Position numbers and translations under genes: made by a program. A DNA stretch of 64,000 nt, taken from Phyllobates terribilis. Its lineage: Eukaryota. Where the stretch lies: the NCBI RefSeq assembly GCF_046119375.1, contig NW_027362763.1, forward strand, positions 767,622,001-767,686,000, read 5' to 3'. The notes beneath the pieces were generated by a model. That model searched no databases. It had not been told where the DNA came from and saw only the letters and a list, made by a program, of their open reading frames with translations. Within the stretch, counting starts at the first letter, position 1. Each line of letters starts with the position of its first letter. Below, one piece after another: positions 15,840 to 26,590 of the stretch.

Positions 15840-16559
15840 GCGGATTTTACATGCATTTTTCCTGCCAGGGACAAGCGGAAATGAAGCGTTTTTCACATGC
15901 ATTTCCGCATGCGGGTTGTCAAGCGCTTTCCAAGCGATTTTAGCATCACTTGGAAAGTGCTTGACAACTTGGTCACACTATATAAATCCATGCAACCCGT
16001 ATGGATTTATATAGTGTGACCGTAAAAGAATGGTAAAAAAGAAAAAATAAGTATTATACTTACCTTCTGATGGCCCCCAGTGTCCTTATCCTATCCGTCC
16101 TGGCTTGCCGGCAGCTCGCGATGGTCTAAAAGGACCTGCCATGACGATGCCATAGTGAGTATAATGTATATTTTTTATTTTATTCTTTTTTTTACAGGTA
16201 CTATGGTACTCGGGTCTGGAGGAGAGTCTCCTCTTCTCCAAAGCCGGGTACCATCCGCACATTGAACCGCATGATATCCGCATGATATCCGCATGTGCAC
16301 ATGTAGTGAAGTAGATGTCATGCGGTCCAATGCAAGTAAATGGCGGCAAAACCGCTGCGATTCCGCAAAATAATTGGTAGCGCTGCGGATTTTTCGGCAA
16401 TGAGAATCCGCAGCGGAAATTTCCGCAGCACGTGCACAGCACATGCGGATTATCATTGGGGAACATGGCAGACCTTCTACCAAGCATTTTTTAAGCGTTT
16501 CTGCAGTGGAATTGCCGCTGCGGAAACGCTTAAAAAACGCATAGTGGGCACACAGCCTT
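15840..16559. mobile_element. Probable PIF/Harbinger-like MITE remnant with internal hairpins
   Basis: Right terminus GTGGGCACACAGCC followed by TTA; internal inverted repeats; left end not identified. Confidence 0.4.
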
Positions 16560-19485
16560 ACCCACTTATCATACCCCTTTCCTGAATTCACTTCTCAATC
16601 CTGTCTTCAGTGAAGGTTTTCAACTCACTGAGGGATCAGATTTCAAAACTGTCGTGTCAGGATCTGAACGACTTTGACAAGAGCCAAATTATGATGGCTG
16701 AATGACTGGAAGGTCTCCCAATTGGCAGATCTTATGGAGTGCTCCTTGGATGCCATAGTTAGTACTTACCATAAGTGGTCTAAGGAAGAATGCTGATTGA
16801 TGCATGTGGGGAGAGAAGGCAAGCAGAGCTGATCTGATCTGATCAAACAGAAGAGCTACTGTAGTACATATCGCTGAAAAAGGCAGTGCTGGACCGTCAG
16901 AGGTCTTGTCTTTCTTAGCTGATGGCTGATTGGTTGGTGTACAGCGATTGGCTATGACACCTATGTAGATAAAACAGCTGGGAATTTGGAGTTCTGAACA
17001 ACACCTATACTATTCACCATTTTCACCAAACCTTTCCAGAACAACTTTTGCCCTGAAGGAGATTGATTTTGATTGGGTGGTGTGGATAAAGGAAACAAAA
17101 GTGAGAGGTTTGGTGCCAATCTGGGAAAGTGCAGAGGACCCATGCATGGTGTCTACTGGAGCTATGGTTGGCTTGTGGAATAGTTAGACCTGTAGCCTGT
17201 CCCACCTGGGAAATGGCAGTAAACTACAAGATGATGCAGGCTTGGCCATCGGAAGATGGACTGATTGCCTTGAGCATCTTGCCCATGTGACAGATTAGCA
17301 GTTAGCTGAAAGTCAGGAGGCTTGATTTGGGTCACAAAGAGAAGCTGTATGGAGAATCATGTTACATGCACGCCGCTAGGTTCAGATAGGGCGAGACGAG
17401 TTTCATGAATTCGTTGGAATCCTGGGGGAACCGTCACTCAGGGCGACCATAGGCTGCAGCTTCTCTCAGGCTCACAATACATTCAGTTGCTGACCAGACA
17501 CATCTGACAAGAGTCTTCTAACAGTTTAACAGTGGAATTTAATCTGAAGCACAGCCAGTGCAATTCAGGGATATTGCAGCCACAATCTTCATTACAGTAC
17601 AGTTTAATAAAGCAGGCACAGCAAAGTCAGTCTCTTCAGTAGCATAATTCAACATAGATTAGGTCTCTTAGCAGCACACTTCTATGCATACACAACCACA
17701 GGCTTTTCCTTCACAAGGACTCAATAGTACACAGCATTCTTTATCCTGCATGGAGATGGAGGGGGGGAGGGTTTGATGAGGGAGATGATCCCTATGACAC
17801 GATTCTTTCCAGTCCTTATCTTTCTGCCTGATAATACTCCACACTGTTAGCTCAGGGAGTCTATCTGACCTGTGTTTAGCTTCCCTCCTGACCTGAATTC
17901 TGTTCCCTTGCCTTCTGTGAGATACAGATCATAAGCCACCTTTCTTTTCGGCTCCGGCCAGAGAGTAAACAACTTCCCCACAATCCCCCTGGGGCTCTGC
18001 TAAAACACTCCCCCTTCTCCTGTGACTGTGTTAACCCCTCTAGTTGCTGGATTCTTCTGGAGCACAACACCTCCTGTCTCCTGTGCTTGTGTTACTTCTA
18101 ATAGTTGCTGGATGCTTTTGAAGCAGCAGCACTACTTCTGCATGCCACAATCACCCAGGGTTCTTGGGTGAATCTCTAGAGAGGAGTCATTTGGCTGCTT
18201 TGAAGAACAATGCCTGGAAAAAAAAATTGAGAACAGAGGGTTGCTACCAAAGTAACTTCTACACAGTCTGAGGTTTGGAATGCCCTGTCATGGAGGAGAG
18301 TGGCTCGCTGTGCTCTGTGCCAGCCATCCTTAAGATTACTAGGCTGAGATTCTAGTCAGCCTAGATGAGGAGAACTGCAACTATTAAGCTTTCTGTACCA
18401 TTATGTGAAGAGGAAAATAAGTAAATTTGGATTGTTTGATCTGAATATGATCTGCAGTTGTCTGTGAGTGGGGAACTTTTCAAGAAGCCCCTTAAAACAG
18501 CATCATCAAACTGTACCATACATATGGATATAAGTAATGCTCATAAACAGACAACCGTAAAAATCGGAAGAGTTGCACGAGTTGCATACAGTTATCACAC
18601 TCGCCCATTCATGCTTATAGGTCCTTGAAAAAAACGGACCACACTCGGATGTCATCTGAAAGCTGTCCGAATTTTACGGATGGACAGAATGGAGAAAACG
18701 GAGAAATTTATTTATTTTTTTATTCTGCACATCCAAGAAAATAGGATCACAATCTGATCAGACTTTGATCAGAGTGTGATTAGGATAATCGGACCAATTT
18801 TTCTCGGATGAGAGAAAAACGGTCATGTGGCCCTTGCCTAACTCTGGTGATTCAGACCCCTGTAACTTTTACCAGAAAATTCAGGCCTGCCTGCATCTTG
18901 TTTCCGCTCTTTTCCCAGCTGCATACGTAAATGACTCATCAGGCTTTGAACAGCAGTAATTTAAGAGACAAATGAGTAATTGCAAAATACATTGTTTTGT
19001 TTGCTATTGGAGCAATGGAATATTTAGTCACATATAAGCTGCTGGATGTGTTTATTGTACTGCACAATTCCTATATTAGCTCTTAAATAGTAATATTTTT
19101 CATGTTTATATATTGAAATATTATTCTGAAAAACATAACAGTTTGATTAATAGCTTGAAAGACAGCAAAGAGTAACACAAAAGAATAAAAGCTGTTTTCA
19201 TCACAGCTCAAAATCCGCTACATATACAAAGATTTTACAGATATTATGCCACCCGCCTGCAGCCGCCACTAGAAGATTAGAAAACTAGCTGCATACTGAT
19301 AAGACATTGAACTTAGAGCATAGCTGCACTTTCACATAACTTTTCAGAATAAGCTGTCCTGTGAACATGAAGAACACTATTTCTTGTCCTATATCCCGCA
19401 TTTTCATCAGTTTCTCCTCTGCAGGCTTTGTCTCTAATTTTCCATTGTCTCTGAGCTAGTGGGTGGAGAATAGCTGTTATGATGT

Positions 19486-19902
19486 TGTTAGGATCATTCA
19501 GCCATGGAGGGTCCTTGTTGGAGTCGGGGTATCCCCGTAACAAGAAATACACAGACACGTAGTGTATAATCAAGTACTGGGAAGCCCCTGAGCGCGTCTG
19601 CCTCTATAGGTGCTGTCCCTTTATTTATACTAATAATCATATTTTTTTGTCAGACATGCGCAGTAAAATGCCTTTGTTTCACAAGCAGTGAAGTGATGAT
19701 TCATAACAGTGGAATGTTGATAAGAAAGTTTCATAAACAGAAAAGTGATAATTCATAGCAGTAGAAGGTTGCTGAGACAGCTAAAAACAAGTTACAATCT
19801 AATTTCTGGGCGTCAGTCCAAATGTCCAGATAAGGGAAGAATAACTTCATCTGTGTCTTACATCGTAGTCTTGGGTGAAGTATAACTCCTATCATCCTCT
19901 CA
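19486..19902 (-). repeat. ERV 3' LTR
   Basis: TG...CA termini; preceded on minus by PPT AAAGGGGGGAC (19913-19903). Confidence 0.97.
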
Positions 19903-19966
19903 GTCCCCCCTTTGATTCTTCCTTATGGACTTTTGGTAGAAGACCTGGTCCGGGAGTTCTTTTCTT

Positions 19967-21537
19967 TCATATTCTTGAATCCGTGTTACAAAGCTTATTT
20001 ATGCATATTAAAATAATTTTTAATCCTATTTTAAACACTACATATATGACTACTATAATTAGCACAATCTGTAATATACCTTGCAGAATTCCAGCCACCC
20101 AACCTCCAATACCCTTAAACCAGTTCTTTGGGTTGAGAAAGGAGAAGGTGTCTGACCACCAGCTATCTTTATTTTGGTCATTGTGTCTGTCATATTCATC
20201 CCGTAATCGTTGTATATCTGCCAGCTTGAACCTCATACTCATTGTACTGTTTGGATCTATGTAATGACAACAGGTTGGACCAATAATTTGACACATTCCT
20301 CCCTGGGCCGCAGTTAGGTAGTCTAACACTACAGTATGTTGATTAGTAACAATTATAAGTTGATTTTGGACAGCTATACTAGTATTAAGTATATCCATAA
20401 TATCCCATATCTGATCATCTAGATAGTCGGTGGCCTGAACTAATTTATCCCACATCTGCATCAACATTGGATACACAAAGAAAGTGCTGAATATTTTATT
20501 AGGAATTCCCATTTGGACCACATGTGGCCTACCTGAAGGTCTAGGCGAGTTGTCGGCTGCTCTTTTGTATAGTGTGTGTTTAGGTACTGCTTGCATATCT
20601 ACCTGCTGATTCTGAACTATAAATGTGGCCGGTGTTAAGCGTCCTAGAGTACATGCACCTTTTATTCCTACTGGGAGCCATTTGTATGCTCCATTTCCAC
20701 AAATCCAGAAGGTTCCTTCAGGCAGATCCCATATTGCAGAGTGTTGGAGCACCAACCTATGTACCAAATCTAAAAATTTAGATACATTCTGAAGTATACA
20801 CCAAGGGGGTTTTTGACCTAATGGACTACAGTATCCTGCATCTGGATTTTCACAAGTCGGTGTACCTGGGTCATATGCACTTGACTCATTACATAATATA
20901 TTACCTGGTATCTTTGAACATGTATCATTGTTTCCATCGGGGAATAATTGTGAATATTTCCAACCATTATTGTGTATGTATTTTTCTACTATATCAGGTT
21001 TAAAAGGTTGAGAAGAAGATACTGTGCTACTAAAACTGAGTTGTATATTTTCTGTAGGAATTAACCCTAAGTCTGTTAGTCCCATCTTATTTCTAGGAAC
21101 CCATACACCTCCTTTAAACGCTAAATATTGTAAGTTGTTTATTTTTCCGGTCATATTACCTTGCCACCAGGGAAATCCCACCCACCCCACAACTGGGATG
21201 GCAACAGTGTGTTCCATAATCTAGAATTAACGGTTTGGTTATTTGCTAATTTGTCTGAGCAATTAGTCCATGTAAACACTTCCTCAGGGGTCATGGGTAC
21301 GGCCAGGAAGGGTATGCTCGTGGCTGATATTGGAGAATGCGTACAAATCCAACAGTCTGCTATTTTCTGTCTGCCATCGAGCAGCCCGTTTACCAATGTC
21401 TCATGATGTTTTATAAATTTATTATCTGCAGGTTTTGGGGAACTTAGTTTATCCCACAGGTCTCCCTGATCTATCGTTATAGCTAACACAAGTACAATCA
21501 CCACTATTTCTTTTTGCAATGGCTTGCATGTACCCAT
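19967..21537 (-). pseudogene. env: ERV env (gamma-type), split by one frameshift near 21220
   Basis: Signal peptide and CWIC (CXXC) in 21151..21537; LYKR cleavage site, ISD-like TNQHTVVLDYLTAAQGG, CX6CC (CQIIGPTCC) and hydrophobic anchor in 19967..21217. Confidence 0.93.
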
Positions 21538-24167
21538 GCTGATTTTCCTTCCAATTTTACTGCAGTTGGAGTTGTCAATAACACCTGATATGGACCCTCA
21601 AATCTGGGTTCTAGCGTTCTTCTGTTATGTCTTTTTACGTAAACTTCGTCTCCTGGTTGCAGCTTGTGCGTTCCCTCGATGGAATCTGGATCTGGAATGG
21701 AAGAGAACACTAAAGAGTGTATTTTAGACACATGCTTACATAAATTTTGTACATAAGCAGTTAAGCTTTCAGTTTCTAACATTAAAGTCTGTGGGAAATA
21801 CAATCCTGTATTGGCAACTCTACCAAACAATATTTCATGGGGGGTGAGTTTGCTCTTTCCCTGGGGGGTGTTTCTGACTGAATACAATGCTATTGGGAGA
21901 CACTCAGTCCATGGTTTCTGTGTTTCTGCCATGGCTTTCTGTATTTTTAACTTAAGTGTTCCATTCATTCTCTCAACCTTACCAGAACTCTGTGGGTGGT
22001 AAGGGGTGTGTAGTTCACTTTTTATACACAACATTTTCATTACATTCTGAAAGATCTCTCCAGTAAAATGTGTACCTCTATCTGACTCGATCACTTCTGG
22101 GATACCATAACGGGGTACCAGTTCATGTGCTATTTTTACTGCAGTGACTTTAGCCGTGGCTGTATGAACTGGATAAGCCTCTGGCCACCCCGAAAACATG
22201 TCCACACATACCAGTACATACTCATAGTGTCCATGCTTAGGCATCTGGATGTAATCGATCTGAAGTCTCTGGAACGGATATAGTGGTCTTACATGGTGCT
22301 TCTGGGGGGTCTTAACAGTCTGTCCTGGATTGTGGGCTAAACAGATTTCACAAGAACCACATTTTGCTCGAGCTACCTGGCCGAACCCTGGGGCTAACCA
22401 CTTCTGTCTGACCCTCTGTATCATACCGTTTGCAGACACATGTGTAGGTCCGTGGGCTTCACTGACCACAACAGGGTACCACGCTCGGGGGAGACAAAGC
22501 TCATCTCCTTTTCTCCATAGTCCTTCTTTTTCTTCTGCCCCCTGTTTCTGCCACTCTTCTTTTTCTTCTCTACTCACCTGCTGGTGGGCTTCTTTGAGCC
22601 GTGTAATTAAGTCAAATTCTGATACTGCACTAATAGTGTGGTCAGTTGTCAGAGGTTTTACTGCAGCTCGCTTAGCAGCCTTGTCGGCTCGGTCATTACC
22701 CCTAGCTATCTCGGTGTCGAGTCTTACATGTGCAGGTACTTTTATTACTGCTACTTGTTTGGTTGAGGCAGCTGATTCTAGAATTTGTCTAATCATTGAA
22801 ATGTGTTTTGGCAATACCTGATTCAGTATGCCATGTACATCATGTGTAGTTTGTACTATTAAGGCATGGTCTAGTACTATTTCTGAGGCTTTTTCTACCA
22901 AAAGAGAGACAGCTGCTACTACTCTGACACATGATGGTGCAGCTTTGGTAACATTATCTAATTGAGCAGAATAGTATGCGACAGGTCTTTGTTTATTTTC
23001 ATGTTTCTGTGTTAGTACTCCTGTAGCATGATTAGACATTTCCGCAGCCATTAATTGGAATGGTTTGGCGTAGTCTGGGATTCCCAAGGCCGGGGCTGAC
23101 ATGAGACCTTTCTTGAGGTCTTGAAAGGCTATGAGCGCTGATTCAGTTAACTGAAAAGGCTCGATTTTTAAACAATCATATAGAGGTTGCATAAGCTGAC
23201 TAGCATGTATAACCCATTGTCTGCAGTGTGATACTATTCCCAAAAATGCTCTTAATGTTTTGTAGTTCTTGGGAGGAACAAGATCTCTAATGATTTTTAG
23301 TCTGTCGGCGGTGAGGTGCCGAATACCTTGTGAAATGCAGTGACCTAGAAATACTACCGTAGTCATATAAAGTTGTACTTTTTTCTTGTTAACTTTACAG
23401 CCCATGTCTGCTAGAAATATTAACAATCTTATTGTGTTGCTGTTTGCGGACTCTTGAGCAGGGGCACATAACAATAGGTCATCAACATATTGAAGAATTA
23501 CAACCTCATCCGTAGGTTTGAAATTTTGAAGAACTGATCTCATAGCTTCTGAGTACAAGGTAGGTGAATGTATCATACCCTGTGGTAATCTTGTCCATGC
23601 TAATTGTCTATTCTTAAATGTAAATGCAAACAGTTTGTAACAGTCTGGGTGTAATGGTACTGAAAAAAATGCATTTGACAAGTCTATGACAGAAAATACT
23701 CGTGCTGTTGCTGGGATCTGTGATAGCAACGTGTGTGGATTTGGCACAACAGGAGTAATAGGTTCCAAAATTTTATTTATCTCTCTTAAATCATGTACCA
23801 TCCGGTATCTAGCAGCTGACCCCTCAGTAGATTTCTTTTTTACGGGGTACAACGGTGTATTGGCTGGTGACTTTACTTCTATCAGTACTCCAGTTTTTAG
23901 ATAATCTTTTATCTGTTCTCCTATGGCGTGTTCTTGTTGGGCACTAATAGGATACTGTCTCAATTGGGGTAGTGTCACACCTGGAACAGGAGTGACTTTT
24001 ACTGGAGCTATTGGCATTAGTCCTACATCGGTGTCATGTTGTGCCCATAATTTTTCTGGTACCTCAGAAAGATCTAAAATAATTTGGGTAGGGGCAGGAT
24101 CTTTCTCATCCTCTAAGGCTTGGACTTTTACAATGTTTTCTAGAGACTCTTGGTCATCAGGCACCAA
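21504..24167 (-). CDS. pol: ERV Pol (RT, truncated RNase H, integrase); no protease
   Basis: 887-codon open frame with VHDLRE, LPQG, YVDD, HHCC zinc finger, DDE integrase and GPY motif; RNase H N-terminal catalytic part absent. Confidence 0.9.
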   Translation of the reverse strand: MVPDDQESLENIVKVQALEDEKDPAPTQIILDLSEVPEKLWAQHDTDVGLMPIAPVKVTPVPGVTLPQLRQYPISAQQEHAIGEQIKDYLKTGVLIEVKSPANTPLYPVKKKSTEGSAARYRMVHDLREINKILEPITPVVPNPHTLLSQIPATARVFSVIDLSNAFFSVPLHPDCYKLFAFTFKNRQLAWTRLPQGMIHSPTLYSEAMRSVLQNFKPTDEVVILQYVDDLLLCAPAQESANSNTIRLLIFLADMGCKVNKKKVQLYMTTVVFLGHCISQGIRHLTADRLKIIRDLVPPKNYKTLRAFLGIVSHCRQWVIHASQLMQPLYDCLKIEPFQLTESALIAFQDLKKGLMSAPALGIPDYAKPFQLMAAEMSNHATGVLTQKHENKQRPVAYYSAQLDNVTKAAPSCVRVVAAVSLLVEKASEIVLDHALIVQTTHDVHGILNQVLPKHISMIRQILESAASTKQVAVIKVPAHVRLDTEIARGNDRADKAAKRAAVKPLTTDHTISAVSEFDLITRLKEAHQQVSREEKEEWQKQGAEEKEGLWRKGDELCLPRAWYPVVVSEAHGPTHVSANGMIQRVRQKWLAPGFGQVARAKCGSCEICLAHNPGQTVKTPQKHHVRPLYPFQRLQIDYIQMPKHGHYEYVLVCVDMFSGWPEAYPVHTATAKVTAVKIAHELVPRYGIPEVIESDRGTHFTGEIFQNVMKMLCIKSELHTPYHPQSSGKVERMNGTLKLKIQKAMAETQKPWTECLPIALYSVRNTPQGKSKLTPHEILFGRVANTGLYFPQTLMLETESLTAYVQNLCKHVSKIHSLVFSSIPDPDSIEGTHKLQPGDEVYVKRHNRRTLEPRFEGPYQVLLTTPTAVKLEGKSAWVHASHCKKK

Positions 24168-24177
24168 AATTTGGATT

Positions 24178-24381
24178 CTACCATCCTTTGTCTCTTATCA
24201 CTCCTGCTTTTCTAACCCGAATGTCCTCCCATAGTTTCCTGTTAAACCTGTCATGCCTTGCTACCTGAAAAGTTTTGCAAACTTTCCCTAAATTCTTAGT
24301 TGCTTCTACACCACACCTTTCTTTCACGATCGTATAGACATCTTGTTCATCATTTGTGGTCTTAGTCTGTTTGTTGCCCAT
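24178..24381 (-). pseudogene. gag: ERV gag remnant (matrix N-terminus only)
   Basis: MGNKQT myristoylation motif, 67 aa, then runs directly into the protease C-terminus/RT region. Confidence 0.75.
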
Positions 24382-24468
24382 TTTTCCTGACTATTCTTAC
24401 CTTAGGAGGCTTTTTGGGTTAGATAAAATATATTCTATATTTTACCTTTCCTCGTTACCTATTCTGTC

Positions 24469-24597
24469 CTAAGGAGCCAGTATCTGAAACGGTTTCTCTG
24501 GACCGTTTTGTCTGAAGTGTAGAGTAATTCTAACACACATATATATGGCAACAAGGGCAAGACCAACAATACATAAAATGAACCATACAGTCTCCAT
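24469..24597 (-). CDS. Putative 42-aa single-pass membrane leader (pre-gag) protein
   Basis: METVWFILCIVGLALVAIYMCVRITLHFRQNGPEKPFQILAP*; strong Kozak context ATAATGG; hand-translated, below the ORF-track cutoff. Confidence 0.5.
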   Translation of the reverse strand: METVWFILCIVGLALVAIYMCVRITLHFRQNGPEKPFQILAP

Positions 24598-25085
24598 TAT
24601 ATATCGTGTCCCTGGAGTATTATCATTACTTCCATGGGCTCATTCTGTCAATCTCTTATCCGTCAAAAAGGAGGACAAAGGTTCGGGAGTTAAGCGTGAG
24701 CGAAGGTTTCCCCGAAAGGACACAACCTTATGACTCAGTTAGGCAATCTCCGTAATACTTATGTCATCTACCTTAGTGCGGCTTATGAGGCTATTCCCGA
24801 CATCCACATCTCTTTCATACCATCCGTTTCATAACCTTCTCTGACCTCTCCTTCGGCAGATCCTACAGTATATACATGAATGACCCGAGCTATAGGTATC
24901 CTTCTCTACTAGTTCCTCAATCCCAACACAAGATATGCATGAAATTTACGGACTATCGCAGAGCAGATGTAAGAGAACTAACAGTGTCTCTTACCTGGCC
25001 AGGTTTGTCATCTGCTGTTCCGATGTCCCAATCTCAGCGGTTACTCGTGCCGGTCGATGAACTTGAAGGAATACGCAGACCTCGG

Positions 25086-25104
25086 GTCCCTGTTTCGGGC
25101 GCCA
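25086..25104 (-). promoter_or_regulatory. ERV primer-binding site, tRNA-Lys(UUU)-like
   Basis: TGGCGCCCGAAACAGGGAC versus canonical Lys3 PBS TGGCGCCCGAACAGGGAC (one extra A). Confidence 0.9.
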
Positions 25105-25109
25105 GGAAT

Positions 25110-25526
25110 TGTTAGGATCATTCAGCCATGGAGGGTCCTTGTTGGAGTCGGGGTATCCCCGTAACAAGAAATACACAGACACGTAGTGTATAATCAAGTA
25201 CTGGGAAGCCCCTGAGCGCGTCTGCCTCTATAGGTGCTGTCCCTTTATTTATACTAATAATCATATTTTTTTGTCAGACATGCGCAGTAAAATGCCTTTG
25301 TTTCACAAGCAGTGAAGTGATGATTCATAACAGTGGAATGTTGATAAGAAAGTTTCATAAACAGAAAAGTGATAATTCATAGCAGTAGAAGGTTGCTGAG
25401 ACAGCTAAAAACAAGTTACAATCTAATTTCTGGGCGTCAGTCCAAATGTCCAGATAAGGGAAGAATAACTTCATCTGTGTCTTACATCGTAGTCTTGGGT
25501 GAAGTATAACTCCTATCATCCTCTCA
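25110..25526 (-). repeat. ERV 5' LTR
   Basis: Identical by eye to 19486-19902; followed on minus by the PBS. Confidence 0.97.
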
Positions 25527-26089
25527 ATGTCTCCTACATACAGCACACACAGACATGAGGTAGTCCAGTTCTAGACATCTATGAAGAAGCTGGCAGTTCA
25601 GGTCCTTAGAACCACTGTCAGGCCGTGACTTGCAATCAAAATACAAGCACATTTACATTTGTCTACAATTGGCCCTAAACACCTAAGAAGCAATTCTTTT
25701 ATAGCATTTGCGCCTCTTTTCTGTCTAGTTTCTGGTGTTTTTCACCTGTTTTTCCCTTACGTCTTATTCCTCTTGTAGTTTTCGCCTTGTTTGGAGTCTA
25801 CTTTATATGTGTTTGCCTGCTTGTTTGTTTTTAGTGCCCCACTGATGTTTTCGCCTGTTTGTTCATTTGTGAGTTTTCAAAAATTTGCAATATTTCTCGC
25901 TAACGTATCCCAGTTCTCATTGAAGTGATTTTATGTATGCCAGCTATTTTGGCACAAATTTTGAACCATTTTTCAAAACTGGCGGATTTTTGAGCTGAGA
26001 AGTTGCAAAAAAAGGTTTAAGACAAAAATAGAGACAATTTTTGACCTTGCGCAAAATTCATCAACAGCGTGCACCACAAGACATTATAC

Positions 26090-26330
26090 ATTGAAGGGGC
26101 CTAAGATGGGGGACATTATACCATGAAGAAGCCAATGACGGGGAATAGGATAGGGAACATTATACCAGAAAGGGGTCCAAGATTGGGGGACATTATTACA
26201 AGAATGGGCCCAGGATGGGGGACAATATTATTGGAGGATCCCAGGATGGGGATCATTATTAAATAAAGGGGCCAGGATGGAAGACCATTCTTATAGAAAG
26301 GAGGCAGGATAGTTGGGTTCTCTTCTGTTA
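26090..26330. repeat. Degenerate ~30-bp minisatellite
   Basis: Recurrent GATGGGGGACATTATAC-like units. Confidence 0.75.
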
Positions 26331-26590
26331 GCTGAAGACCAGAATTGTGTCTAGCCTCATGGAAAACTGGAGGGATGCCCAGTGCTTGCCCAGATTACAA
26401 TAGATCCCATCATGCTTTGCTTCACCTGCAGCATGTTGTTGGTAAAGGGATCATTGATATTACCTACAACGTACAATCTGAGATGGAATAACCTTTGCTA
26501 TTACTTTTGCATTTGATTACACAGCTGTTAGCTCTTTTGTTGATTTTTACTGCAGAGTATACATAGCATAGAGCTTCGTTAATTGCTTAA

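Larger units (their letters stand above)
19486..25526 (-). mobile_element. Endogenous retrovirus (epsilon/gamma-related class I), internally deleted, very recent insertion
   Basis: Two 417-bp LTRs identical by eye, 4-bp TSD ATGT (19482-85, 25527-30), tRNA-Lys PBS, PPT, retroviral RT/IN and env. Confidence 0.97.
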
